Below the pieces are notes generated by a model that did not search any database, was not told the DNA's origin, and was given only the letters and a program-made list of their open reading frames with translations. A stretch of DNA of 64,000 bases, from the IMG/VR virus record IMGVR_UViG_3300027917_000036. One strand, given 5' to 3'. The position numbers were made by a program, and so were the translations under genes. The DNA comes from an uncultured virus (IMG/VR IMGVR_UViG_3300027917_000036). Lineage: Duplodnaviria > Heunggongvirae > Uroviricota > Caudoviricetes. Below are positions 50,415 through 59,757 of the stretch, one piece after another. Numbering within the stretch: the first letter of the stretch is position 1; each line of letters starts with the position of its first letter.

Positions 50415-52025
50415 TTATCTTTTTCTTTTACCACCTCCTTTTTCTAAGGATACGTTGAATGTATCCGTTTTTAAATGCCATGCGGCATTTTCCATAAAGG
50501 CATCGGCCGTAGCGAATCGTTGTGTAACCATTACCTCTTTAGATAGAGAGAACGGAGCATGCCTATGGAATAGTACCGCTATCCTGGCCAACTGCAAATC
50601 ATGTTCATTTTTAGTTTGGTTAATTGCTATTCGAACATCCAGATGGCTATCTTTGGTTTTGCTCTCGCTCGTGGACATTTGGTCAAGAGACCGTTGCGTT
50701 CTACCAGCTTTATTGGCCTGATCCGCAGTGATTAATAAACAGTCCAATTCACCAGCCAGTCTTGACGCCTTCTTCCATGATCTATCTATATTAATCCGCT
50801 CGTCCTTATAGCCTTCTGATGCCAAGATATCTAAATAGTCATATATTAGAATCTCGGGTTTCCACTGCGACTTCTCAATATATCTTAGAATAAAGTCCCT
50901 TGTCTCGTCGAACGTCTTGCTGAAACGAGGGAAACACTTTATTCTAAGATTATTCAGGCCGAAGTATTTGTTATCACGTAATGCACGTTTAAAACGCATT
51001 TTGTTAAGTACTCTAAATCTATCCCGTGCAAACCATATTGTAGGGACATAACGCTTGGTGCGCGCAGCATTCTTTCTGCCAGCGCGGTCCATACATTGTG
51101 TACATACTTTCCACGTCTTACGATGCTGTAAAAAGTAAACAACCTCATTATCTTTCTTGAATAGAGGTTTTTTCCTTTTTAGTTTGCACGTTCCATATTG
51201 ATTATTTTCACAATCCAGGATTGGAAACACAATACGCCCAGCATTAAATGGCATAGCTGTTTGGCTAATACGCCTCCTTGCCCTGCTTCTTGCAACCCTA
51301 TTGTTCAACTCAAAATTCATCATAAGTACTTTTCGTTTTTGACGAATAGCTGCTTGATAAGCAATCTCACCGAGGAAATAAGATTTCCCTACCTTTTCTA
51401 TTCCTGTAACCGCCACAAGCCAAGACTTCTCAAGTGGGCCGATAATTTTACCCAAATCTCCATCAAACCTGTAAACACCACTGATGGCTTGACTATCCCA
51501 GTCTTGTTTAACATCTTCCTTGCTAAAAACTTGGATAACACTATCGTCCTCATCTTCTGCTGATATAGGGGAGTATGAGCGATATATTTCCTCTGCCCCA
51601 TCAGGGTCACCAGCGTCAAGCTTGCTTTGTACCTTTTCCAACTTATCAGATATTTCACGTTCTCGAAGAAAGCTGATTAACACTTCCTTGATAATAAACT
51701 GTGGTTCTATGCTGTCGTTCTCAACGTACTCCTCAGCGACCCTATCCAGGGCCGTTTCTATCACTTCTACACTTTCTTCTTGGATGTTTTTACTTTTCCT
51801 ATCAAAGATTTTTTGGATCGTTGATTTTGGTGCTTTTTGGTAATCAGCATAATATTTAACAAGCCATTGGAAAACTGGCCTGTAATGTGGTGAAAAGTGT
51901 TTTGTCTTTAGGATATTACTTTTGTATTTAGCATAGCACGTTGACAAAACAGAGTCCAGCATTATCATGCCACCAAGAAGAATGTACTCGTCGTCAGAGC
52001 CTTTATAGGAAGTCATTTCGAGCAT
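50415..52025 (-). CDS. Replicative DnaB-like helicase
   Basis: GIEKVGKS Walker A, NFEL, IYDYLDIL, LITADQAN. Confidence 0.8.
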   Translation of the reverse strand: MLEMTSYKGSDDEYILLGGMIMLDSVLSTCYAKYKSNILKTKHFSPHYRPVFQWLVKYYADYQKAPKSTIQKIFDRKSKNIQEESVEVIETALDRVAEEYVENDSIEPQFIIKEVLISFLREREISDKLEKVQSKLDAGDPDGAEEIYRSYSPISAEDEDDSVIQVFSKEDVKQDWDSQAISGVYRFDGDLGKIIGPLEKSWLVAVTGIEKVGKSYFLGEIAYQAAIRQKRKVLMMNFELNNRVARSRARRRISQTAMPFNAGRIVFPILDCENNQYGTCKLKRKKPLFKKDNEVVYFLQHRKTWKVCTQCMDRAGRKNAARTKRYVPTIWFARDRFRVLNKMRFKRALRDNKYFGLNNLRIKCFPRFSKTFDETRDFILRYIEKSQWKPEILIYDYLDILASEGYKDERINIDRSWKKASRLAGELDCLLITADQANKAGRTQRSLDQMSTSESKTKDSHLDVRIAINQTKNEHDLQLARIAVLFHRHAPFSLSKEVMVTQRFATADAFMENAAWHLKTDTFNVSLEKGGGKRKR

Positions 52026-52034
52026 TGCTATATC

Positions 52035-52934
52035 CTAATCTATTATTTTTATATCCGATAAATTCTCATAGAGACCCCACCGAACGAGTTCTTTGGGTAA
52101 AGTCTTTTTCCAAAAATGATCCGTTGATAAATACCTTGATAAGTCGTCAGGCTTAAAACCTTTTGGGTATTCGTTAAAAAAGTAATCAATCCTTTGAATT
52201 ATATCTGTTCGATTGATATGGTTTGCATCGCAAAATTTGATAAGTCGTTCACTTGCGGAAATTAAACAGTTTTGATCTTTAGCTGTTATCTTTATGTTTT
52301 CCCAATTAGTATATCGGCGCCAAACCATTTCAAGCGTTCCGGTAATATTGGGATTCCTATCAGGTCTTATGTATGAGAACTTTTTCTGGAGGTGATGTGA
52401 TCCTTGTAAACACTCTGTCATAAATGATCTTAGTTTTAACTTTTCTATTTTTGGAATTGTAGATTGGATTTCAACAGTCTTTTTATCAAGACGAAAGAAT
52501 TGTGGAAGTGTAATTTTACTGAGGCCAGGAACCCGTGAATAATACCGCCCGATATACCATCGTTGTTGTAACATATGGTGACAACGATCCATGCTACTTA
52601 TCACATTTTGAAAACCATGACGATCCACTGCCTGTTTTAATCGCATCATTCCAGATTGTACTACCTTGCTATCGCCAGAACGATGTTGTACAAATGGTCT
52701 TCCTAAACTATTCCAATGCTGGAAAGCTGCCTTGGTATAGGAGCTGTAATATTTAGGGACACTTGTTTCACGTTTACGTTTTTGATTATGTTTATCTATG
52801 CTTGCTGATAAGTTATCAAATCGTTTTAAAGTCCTACGTGTAATTTTATTTTTAACATCTGCTTTACGTAGTATTCGCCCACTGCCGATGCCTAAGACAG
52901 GTGGTATACCTCTTGGTTGCAGAACGTATCGCAT
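52035..52934 (-). CDS. Hypothetical basic protein (possible replication initiator)
   Basis: Upstream of the helicase, next to the inverted-repeat region. Confidence 0.45.
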   Translation of the reverse strand: MRYVLQPRGIPPVLGIGSGRILRKADVKNKITRRTLKRFDNLSASIDKHNQKRKRETSVPKYYSSYTKAAFQHWNSLGRPFVQHRSGDSKVVQSGMMRLKQAVDRHGFQNVISSMDRCHHMLQQRWYIGRYYSRVPGLSKITLPQFFRLDKKTVEIQSTIPKIEKLKLRSFMTECLQGSHHLQKKFSYIRPDRNPNITGTLEMVWRRYTNWENIKITAKDQNCLISASERLIKFCDANHINRTDIIQRIDYFFNEYPKGFKPDDLSRYLSTDHFWKKTLPKELVRWGLYENLSDIKIID

Positions 52935-52971
52935 AATCCTCCTCCCGAAAAGGTTTTCACACTTTCCAAAA

Positions 52972-53155
52972 TGTCTTTACTAACACCCCTACGGGGTGTT
53001 AGATAAAGACAAGTTTTTTGAGGAATAATTTAAATCAAAAAAAACCATTCATTCTTAGAGAAGATTATCGGCTGGATGGGAAGTTCCAAAGATGTGTCCG
53101 GCCAGGGAAGTATCTTTGCTGAAGCCGATAATCTTCTCTAAAAACAAATGGTTTT
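52972..53155. repeat. Intergenic inverted repeats
   Basis: TAACACCCC-TAC-GGGGTGTTA hairpin (52981-53001) and a 19-bp perfect IR (53055-53073 / 53123-53141). Confidence 0.8.
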
Positions 53156-53263
53156 CTCGGCCGGAACTTATCAATGAAACGAGTTTCTATTATACACGTT
53201 TTAACTTATAACACAAGGAATATTTTTTAACCTGTAATAACAATAAGTTACAATGTAGTAGTT

Positions 53264-53494
53264 CTACTGGATGGGGAATAACCATGTTTCTGAAATATCT
53301 CCAAACCATTGACATTCATGACATACCAGGATATCACTTGTTTCCTCATTCACAAAAGACATATTTGTAGAATGACATTGTGGGCATGTAGCGATATGTG
53401 GAACACCACCATGATACTCGAATATTTCATCTGCAGTCATTTCATCACGTGGTTTTAAGGCCACTCGTATAGAATTAGAACCAAAGTTTTTCAT
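53264..53494 (-). CDS. Zinc-ribbon protein
   Basis: CPQC...CHEC. Confidence 0.55.
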   Translation of the reverse strand: MKNFGSNSIRVALKPRDEMTADEIFEYHGGVPHIATCPQCHSTNMSFVNEETSDILVCHECQWFGDISETWLFPIQ

Positions 53495-54417
53495 CGTCTC
53501 CCCTCCTGAAAGTTGATAATGCTTTTTAATTGTTCACCTTGTGTAATAGTCAAAGCACCAGGATCTTCAGCGATCTTTAACTTAACAATATGAACTTCCC
53601 CTACAAGAGGCGCCACTTCTCGCGCCAGCCGTCTTATCGCTCTATTCCCTGCTGTATCAGGGTCAAGAAGGATAAAGTATTTATGAATTTTTTTCTTCAT
53701 AATAAGTTTTATTTGGTTCATTGAATAATTCAACCCCATAAAACTTATCGCACCATCACCAAGCTTCCAGACATCGATAGGGCCTTCAACATGGATAGCA
53801 TCGCTTCCTTCTTGTAAGTTATCATAGTTATATACAAGATTGTTTGTTGTAATTAAACATTCTTCAGGAGAAGCATCCATGTACTTGGTACCATCCATAC
53901 CTTCTATAATGCCCCTGCTTGTGAAGCAGACGAGTTTCCCGCTTAGAAAAATAGGGATGATAATACGGAACTTATATTTTCCTATCTTATAGCATGCGCG
54001 TAACTGATATTTTCTTATCACCGTACGTGGATTAAAGCCTCTATTCTTTAAATAGTTTTTATGGATTTCAGGAAAATATTTTGTCGCCTCCCGAGGCAGC
54101 CATACTCTTCTTCGTGGTGAGGCAGCCACATCGGAAGGAGGGGAGTTATGGCTGACGCCATCCTCGGAAGACGACGGGCGCAGAGCTCTTAGAGTTTTAT
54201 CGGCATGCGTGTTGCCGACGAGCTCCACTATGAGTTCTCTGAGACTATGTCCTTTGCATTGCCAGCAATGGACGCGAAGGTCCCTCTTCCGTATGCCCAA
54301 GTGATTAGAGCGATCTGAACAGAATGGGCATTGAATATTTACCCATCCTTTTGAGACGTTTTTCCCAGATGTCCAGTACGGAATACCTTCATTATCTAAT
54401 AATTGTATTATATCCAT
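53491..54417 (-). CDS. DNA primase (Zn finger plus TOPRIM)
   Basis: CPFC..HL...CWQC, RIIIPI, VEGPIDV, LDPD, DPG. Confidence 0.88.
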   Translation of the reverse strand: MDIIQLLDNEGIPYWTSGKNVSKGWVNIQCPFCSDRSNHLGIRKRDLRVHCWQCKGHSLRELIVELVGNTHADKTLRALRPSSSEDGVSHNSPPSDVAASPRRRVWLPREATKYFPEIHKNYLKNRGFNPRTVIRKYQLRACYKIGKYKFRIIIPIFLSGKLVCFTSRGIIEGMDGTKYMDASPEECLITTNNLVYNYDNLQEGSDAIHVEGPIDVWKLGDGAISFMGLNYSMNQIKLIMKKKIHKYFILLDPDTAGNRAIRRLAREVAPLVGEVHIVKLKIAEDPGALTITQGEQLKSIINFQEGRR

Positions 54418-55805
54418 TTTTCCTTAGCATATACTGATAAACGTGCAATGCTATGTTGCGCAAGATATGGATAAGGATCCAGGAAGTCAACTAACTCTAT
54501 TACCTTTTTCGTGACTGTAGTTCTAAAACCACGACCGATAGCTTGAATAGTTCCCTTATCATCCTTCATTCCATAAGCCAAAATAACTTTATTCAGGGAT
54601 GGAATATTAACTCCTTCTTTCCATACCCGAGAAGCAATAACGATCTGTTTCTTACCCAGTGCCAATTGGTTCTTAATTTTGACGCGCCTCTCCGAAGGAG
54701 TTTCGCCATATACGAAAGGAGCCTTAATACCGTTCTTTTTTAAGAGGTCCTTAAGGATTTTTCCATGGTCCGTATATTCGATAATGATAAGAACAGTTTC
54801 GTTCTTTTTAATAGTGCGCCGAACCTCCCTGACAATAAGTCTATTGCGGATTTTGTTATTTGTTATGCAAATATTATAATACTTTTTAAAAGATTTTCCT
54901 TTTGAACACTCCGCATCCAATTTATCATCGAATGGTACTGGTAAGATGGTGATTTTTGGTTTCGCCAATATACCTCTCTTAATTCCTTGCGATCTTTTCA
55001 GTTCTGCAATAATAGGGCCGAACAACCCTTCATTGACCAGCGCGCCACGTTGTTTATTAGGAGCCGTAGCTGTCATGCCCAAACGTCCTGGTGCTAAGCA
55101 GTGTCGTAGAACCGTGCCGTAACGGCTATCCTCTTTATGTACATGATGTGCTTCGTCAACCATAACTATATCAAATTGAGAAATCCTTGTTTCGAGATCT
55201 AATTTCTCTACACTTTGAATAGTTGAAGCAACTATTGCAGAATTATGCAAACCACGTGGTGGATCATAACCACCACGAAGTTTGACAAGTCTATTGGCGA
55301 AGCCATAAATCTTGGCTTCTTTTGTAAACTGTTCTAATAAGTCCAGAGTATGGCATAGCCACAGGATTCTACATTGTGGCCACATAGAGGCAACTCCAAG
55401 TTCTATAATAGTTTTTCCACTACCCGTCGGGAATAGTATCATCCCTCTTTGGTACTTTGCAATCTTACAAAACGCTTTCTTTTGATCTGGACGAAAAGTT
55501 ATGCCTGGAAGGGCAGGTTGAATAGGTTCAGGCAAGCACTCCAGCGACCCATTAACCTGTAGTGTTTCCTTCGTTTTACCTATGGCCTTTTCGACCCGAG
55601 GTAGTAGTCCTGATAAAAAGGTGCCACCAGTGCCTTCTCTGCCAGTGATTAGATGCCTGGTGACAACCTCTTTACCTTTTACACCGAATCGATTGCGCTT
55701 CCGCACCACGTCCTCGTAAGAAAGAGATTTTTTGATAAGTTTGCGTGCCTCTTTATTTGCCTTACAATGGACAACATCAAGGATTTTTATAGTTGGTTTA
55801 CCCAT
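54408..55805 (-). CDS. SF2 DEAH helicase (UvsW-like)
   Basis: PTGSGKT, VDEAHH, GMTAT, EGVNIPSL, QAIGRGFR. Confidence 0.9.
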   Translation of the reverse strand: MGKPTIKILDVVHCKANKEARKLIKKSLSYEDVVRKRNRFGVKGKEVVTRHLITGREGTGGTFLSGLLPRVEKAIGKTKETLQVNGSLECLPEPIQPALPGITFRPDQKKAFCKIAKYQRGMILFPTGSGKTIIELGVASMWPQCRILWLCHTLDLLEQFTKEAKIYGFANRLVKLRGGYDPPRGLHNSAIVASTIQSVEKLDLETRISQFDIVMVDEAHHVHKEDSRYGTVLRHCLAPGRLGMTATAPNKQRGALVNEGLFGPIIAELKRSQGIKRGILAKPKITILPVPFDDKLDAECSKGKSFKKYYNICITNNKIRNRLIVREVRRTIKKNETVLIIIEYTDHGKILKDLLKKNGIKAPFVYGETPSERRVKIKNQLALGKKQIVIASRVWKEGVNIPSLNKVILAYGMKDDKGTIQAIGRGFRTTVTKKVIELVDFLDPYPYLAQHSIARLSVYAKEKWI

Positions 55806-56152
55806 CGTGCTACCTCTTTAATAGTTATGTCAGCAATGAAACGGCTATACCATAACTTTGAGAAGTAATTGCGTATAGCAGTTCGGCTATACTGTTTTCT
55901 TTTTGGTGTTTTTAACAGGTCTGCAATTTCTATTGGTGCGTTGAGAATAATAGCTATCATCTCTTTTGCCTCTGCACTCAGCCTGTTATAATTCTCCATT
56001 TTGATAAGTAACAATTCTGGAGAAAGATCCGGAGCCGTAAGGATACTATAGTGATTGTCCTCTTCCGGATTGCCTTCGTCGATAGGTAGAAAATCACCAT
56101 ACATAGCATTAAAACCTTTAATGTAGTAATCGGCCACTACCCTCTTCGGCAT
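55787..56152 (-). CDS. Hypothetical protein
   Basis: ORF in operon. Confidence 0.5.
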   Translation of the reverse strand: MPKRVVADYYIKGFNAMYGDFLPIDEGNPEEDNHYSILTAPDLSPELLLIKMENYNRLSAEAKEMIAIILNAPIEIADLLKTPKRKQYSRTAIRNYFSKLWYSRFIADITIKEVARWVNQL

Positions 56153-56592
56153 TTGTCCCTCCTTGTGATGACCCGTTTTTCTTTACGACGTGTTATCTTT
56201 CTTGGCTTCTTTCGTCGCGTGATTTGCTTGCGAACAGTGACAAGTTTCTTCCTTCTTTTTATTTTTCTCGGTGGAAGTTTAATTTCGGAATTCTTAACCA
56301 AGAATTCCAATTCCTTGTCGAACTGGCGACACCTTGAACAGTTTCTATTATCGCGCTTTCGCGCATATCGCCTTCTATTTAGGCACTGTTCAAAAGTTAA
56401 ATAGCAACTATAAGTGTCGCACCAGAAAAATCTAACAAGTTGACGACGTAAGCAAGAATCATTATTTGCTACCCATTTTTTGTTCTTTGGACATTTTCTT
56501 TTAATGATTGTATTTTTACTGCCCTCTTTAAGATGCCTTACGTCGCCGTGTCGCCAGTGTTCACAATAATAGCAAGTGAATTTTGGTTTCAC
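56137..56592 (-). CDS. Cys-rich basic protein with repeated (R/K)xI(T/K)RR motifs
   Basis: CYYCEHW and other Cys pairs; four IxRR repeats; SD AAGGAGG right after ribozyme 1. Confidence 0.65.
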   Translation of the reverse strand: MKPKFTCYYCEHWRHGDVRHLKEGSKNTIIKRKCPKNKKWVANNDSCLRRQLVRFFWCDTYSCYLTFEQCLNRRRYARKRDNRNCSRCRQFDKELEFLVKNSEIKLPPRKIKRRKKLVTVRKQITRRKKPRKITRRKEKRVITRRDKCRRG

Positions 56593-56610
56593 GTGTGCCT
56601 CCTTTCTGTC

Positions 56611-56672
56611 AGCTGCCTCATCAGTACCGTAGCGCCACCTACGGCAGACGGTGCCGAAGCACCGTTTCGGCT
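56611..56672 (-). ncRNA. Type II hammerhead ribozyme 1
   Basis: AGCC-GAAAC-GGUGC(UUCG)GCACC-GUC^UGCCGUAG(GUGGCG)CUACGGUA-CUGAUGA-GGC; predicted cut 3' of position 56647. Confidence 0.92.
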
Positions 56673-57864
56673 AATCCAGAATGTGCATTTTGTATAAGTC
56701 TTGTTCTTCTGGTCCGCCCATTACTATGGTGATAACTTGTCCTTTCTTTCTAACAAGTTTACGGATGGTACTCCGTACACGAGATGTAGCCTTCTTTTTA
56801 TCAAGATGATGTTTAACCATAACACTTTCGACGATTTCTGTTAAGCTGGAACCGTTTGATTTTTGAAGCTCCTGGACGATAGTCATGGAAGGGCCATCCT
56901 TTTTAAAACCGAGCTTGCGTGTTTTCTTTTTCTTCATTTCTTTGCGTTGATCACGGCGAGTTATCTTTTTGTGGTAAACAGTTCGCCTTTTGATTTTTCG
57001 CTTTGGTTTTTCTTCAGCCTTGGTTTTACGTCGGCTAATCTTTCTGACTGGCTTGGCTTTCTCTGCGATCTTATCTTTACGAGAAGGATCAAATAGATTC
57101 TCTGGAACTGTTTTCCCTATAAAGGAAAAACAGTCTGCCACGCATTGACGCGCCTCTGTTACAAACCCTTCAGGCAACTTTTCACCACGTGCCCAGCGGT
57201 TATCCATTCTATTCAACTTAATAATAGAAAGGATGGCAACCTCTTTAGGAATGTTTTCGAATAATATTTTTTCCGATGGTTCGTGATAGACCAACATACT
57301 TTCGCCGCGACCTATCACTTTTGGGATTAAATACCAGTCGATTCCTTCCCTGATAACAACGTCTCGGTCTTCGACCTTTTTCCTGCCAGTTGCCCTTTCC
57401 GGAGGTTTTTTCTTACTTTTAACCTTTTTCTTTTTAGGTGCTACAGGAACCTTTTTGTCAGGAGTATCCATGATTTTCTTCACGGCCTTTTTGTCTTCCT
57501 TGGCTTTCTTTTCTTTCGCCAGCTGGGCCTTCGTTTTTTTCTTTTTCTTTGGAGGCTCCTTCTTTTTTGTTTTGGGTTTTTTGGCAGGTGGCGCTTTCTT
57601 TTTGGTTGGTGGTTTTTCCTTGGTTGGTTTGTCTTTGGATGCTTCAGGCACGAGCTCCTTGTATAGACTGTACTTCTGGCATTTCGGGCAATCGATATCT
57701 TTTCCTGATAACTTATCATCGTCGAGAACAAGAGTTTCCTTGTTACAACGAGCGTAACCATCATGATGGAAATGAACCCGTTTGCCGTTCATTGCCTTGC
57801 CTATCTGCCAGTCGATTGCTGGGGATACTACCCCATTATCATTGGTTGGTTGATTCTGTTCCAT
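56671..57864 (-). CDS. Lys-rich protein with Zn motif and probable C-terminal winged helix
   Basis: Start moved to MEQNQ after AGGAGG; H..C...CPKC; K/P-rich linker; IxRR repeats. Confidence 0.6.
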   Translation of the reverse strand: MEQNQPTNDNGVVSPAIDWQIGKAMNGKRVHFHHDGYARCNKETLVLDDDKLSGKDIDCPKCQKYSLYKELVPEASKDKPTKEKPPTKKKAPPAKKPKTKKKEPPKKKKKTKAQLAKEKKAKEDKKAVKKIMDTPDKKVPVAPKKKKVKSKKKPPERATGRKKVEDRDVVIREGIDWYLIPKVIGRGESMLVYHEPSEKILFENIPKEVAILSIIKLNRMDNRWARGEKLPEGFVTEARQCVADCFSFIGKTVPENLFDPSRKDKIAEKAKPVRKISRRKTKAEEKPKRKIKRRTVYHKKITRRDQRKEMKKKKTRKLGFKKDGPSMTIVQELQKSNGSSLTEIVESVMVKHHLDKKKATSRVRSTIRKLVRKKGQVITIVMGGPEEQDLYKMHILD

Positions 57865-58060
57865 GACTATCCTCCTGTCCTGAGTTTTTATAAAAGTGAT
57901 AAGCACGTTTTCCCGCCATGGCTTGTTTCTTCTGAAAGCATGGATAGCAAACATCAGCCGTTGGCTTCTGTTCAACTATTCGCTGTTTCAACCTTCTTTT
58001 ACAAGCATGGTTGGAACACTTTACATCACTGAGCACATTGTACTTGTATGCTTTCTTCAT
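57839..58060 (-). CDS. Small Zn-finger protein
   Basis: CSNHAC...CYPC; SD AAGGAGG after ribozyme 2. Confidence 0.55.
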   Translation of the reverse strand: MKKAYKYNVLSDVKCSNHACKRRLKQRIVEQKPTADVCYPCFQKKQAMAGKRAYHFYKNSGQEDSHGTESTNQ

Positions 58061-58077
58061 AAAACTCCCTCCTTTTT

Positions 58078-58146
58078 GTGGCTACCATCATCGGCACCAT
58101 GGCACCACCCATGGTGGACAGGGGCGCACAGACCCCTGTTTCGGCT
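58078..58146 (-). ncRNA. Type II hammerhead ribozyme 2
   Basis: AGCC-GAAAC-AGGGG..CCCCU-GUC^CACCAUGG(GUGGUG)CCAUGGUG-CCGAUGA-U-GGU-AGCCAC; cut after 58117. Confidence 0.88.
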
Positions 58147-58163
58147 GTATTAATTATAACTTA

Positions 58164-58415
58164 TTATAGTCTTTTCCCGGTGGCCTTGAGTACTTGTAGA
58201 TTATCTATTACATTGGCCATGCAGAAGTCACATCGCTTATATCGCAAATTATCATCTTCATCCAGAGTTGATAACAAATTACGATAGAAAGCAATGCACT
58301 TGCCATCAGGATCGAGAAGCATCTGGCATCTTGGGCTGCACAGATTATCGCTTGTCCTGATTTTTACATGAATGCGAGTTTCTTCGTCCGGTACTCTTGG
58401 CACTTGAACAGTCAT
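58164..58415 (-). CDS. Small Cys-rich protein
   Basis: CSPRC...C...RCDFC; SD GGAGG. Confidence 0.55.
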   Translation of the reverse strand: MTVQVPRVPDEETRIHVKIRTSDNLCSPRCQMLLDPDGKCIAFYRNLLSTLDEDDNLRYKRCDFCMANVIDNLQVLKATGKRL

Positions 58416-58490
58416 GATTAATACCTCCCTATAAATTGCCGGATTAGACTTGTCATTCTATCACACTGGAAGCAAAATGACAAGGAATAA

Positions 58491-58557
58491 ATGGGCTATC
58501 ATCTTCAGTGCCCTGTTACCCATGCAGAGCAGACGGTGCCGGAGCACCGTTTCGAAT
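58491..58557 (-). ncRNA. Type II hammerhead ribozyme 3
   Basis: UUC-GAAAC-GGUGC(UCCG)GCACC-GUC^UGCUCUG(CAUGGGUAA)CAGGGCA-CUGAAGA-U-GAU-AGCCCAU; cut after 58532. Confidence 0.85.
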
Positions 58558-58829
58558 TAACAGAAATCATCATAGGAACCAAGCGCAGTCCAGTACATTA
58601 TACGCTCTCTGCGACCGCTAATCTTTTTGTAAGTCTTTCTTGCTCTATCCTGAGTAAGCCAGTCTATATCAAAACTTTTCCTCATAATGCCTACTCTGAA
58701 ATAGATGCGATCGTTTTCGACTGGATATCCAGGTACCATAGAAGGAGCGTAATAGTTTGCGCTTCCAATCACTATTGCGCATCCGTTTTCCAGCCATCCA
58801 ACTTGCTCGATTTCCATTTGCGGATTCAT
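58557..58829 (-). CDS. Hypothetical early protein
   Basis: SD AAGGAGG; bounded by ribozymes 4 and 3. Confidence 0.6.
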   Translation of the reverse strand: MNPQMEIEQVGWLENGCAIVIGSANYYAPSMVPGYPVENDRIYFRVGIMRKSFDIDWLTQDRARKTYKKISGRRERIMYWTALGSYDDFC

Positions 58830-58854
58830 GATAATCCCTCCTTTAATTGTGATT

Positions 58855-58932
58855 TAGGCTACCTCATCGGTGAATAGTTGCCTACACTATTCAGACGATC
58901 GTTGGGAATCAGCCCCAACGACCGTTTCGGCT
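58855..58932 (-). ncRNA. Type II hammerhead ribozyme 4
   Basis: AGCC-GAAAC-GGUCGUUGGG..CCCAACGAUC-GUC^UGAAUAG(UGUAGGCAA)CUAUUCA-CCGAUGA-GGU-AGCCUA; cut after 58894. Confidence 0.88.
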
Positions 58933-58951
58933 TGCTGATGATGGATATGGT

Positions 58952-59329
58952 TTATTTGCGATTAATAACGACTTCTATAAATGCAGCAATATCAGTCGCA
59001 ATAGCATCCATCTGAGAAGTTAATGCTTTCAGGTCCGTAGCTTTCTTGCCAAGGGCGCGGACCTTTCCACTGTTGATTGTCTTATTGATAGATTCCACTT
59101 GCTTTGCGATTTTAGCAGTGGACTTCTCAAAGACATTCAGTTCGGAGCCAAGCATAGCAAGGAGCCTGTCGGGTTGTGCTTTTGGGGACCTTGCTTTTCT
59201 TGTTTTGGCTTTTTCCCTGCGAGCTGCGCGTTTGGCCTTGGCCTCTGCGATCTGCTCTGGAGTCCTTTTGGTGCGAGTAGTTTTTCTCTTTTTAGGTGCT
59301 ACTTTCTTTTTTTCTTTTTTCTTTGCCAT
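58952..59329 (-). CDS. Lys/Arg-rich histone-like protein with coiled coil
   Basis: MAKKKEKKKVAPKKRK...; SD AAGGAGG. Confidence 0.65.
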   Translation of the reverse strand: MAKKKEKKKVAPKKRKTTRTKRTPEQIAEAKAKRAARREKAKTRKARSPKAQPDRLLAMLGSELNVFEKSTAKIAKQVESINKTINSGKVRALGKKATDLKALTSQMDAIATDIAAFIEVVINRK

Positions 59330-59346
59330 GATAAGTTCCTCCTTAT

Positions 59347-59413
59347 GTGGCTACCATCATCAGCATCGCAGAGCCACCTGCGATGGACGGGGACCAAAGT
59401 CCCCGTTTCGGCT
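59347..59413 (-). ncRNA. Type II hammerhead ribozyme 5
   Basis: AGCC-GAAAC-GGGGAC(UUUG)GUCCCC-GUC^CAUCGCAG(GUGGCU)CUGCGAUG-CUGAUGA-U-GGU-AGCCAC; cut after 59386. Confidence 0.92.
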
Positions 59414-59727
59414 TACGCGAACATATTGTTAATGTGGATTTCAGGCATCCTATATAGCTGGAACCATGCCTTAAGAATAGGCGTAACAACTACATAATTC
59501 GTGACCTGTGCTTCTTCCAGAGCAAGAAGCATGAATCCCTTAACGATAAGTGGATCAAGGTTTTGAGCCAACAGGTACGAAGGGATGCTTGGACTGTCCA
59601 CATGCCTACCATCCGCTATAAAGCCATCTTTGATTTTCTTAAGATAACTTTTTGCGTAACTGATAAAAGTTGGTTGGCAATAATCAACAATCTGTCCAAT
59701 GAGTTGAGTTGTCAGGTTAATACCCAT
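59413..59727 (-). CDS. Hypothetical early protein
   Basis: Start moved to MGINL after AAGGAGG. Confidence 0.6.
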   Translation of the reverse strand: MGINLTTQLIGQIVDYCQPTFISYAKSYLKKIKDGFIADGRHVDSPSIPSYLLAQNLDPLIVKGFMLLALEEAQVTNYVVVTPILKAWFQLYRMPEIHINNMFA

Positions 59728-59757
59728 AACGCTTTCCTCCTTTAAATCTAAATAGTT

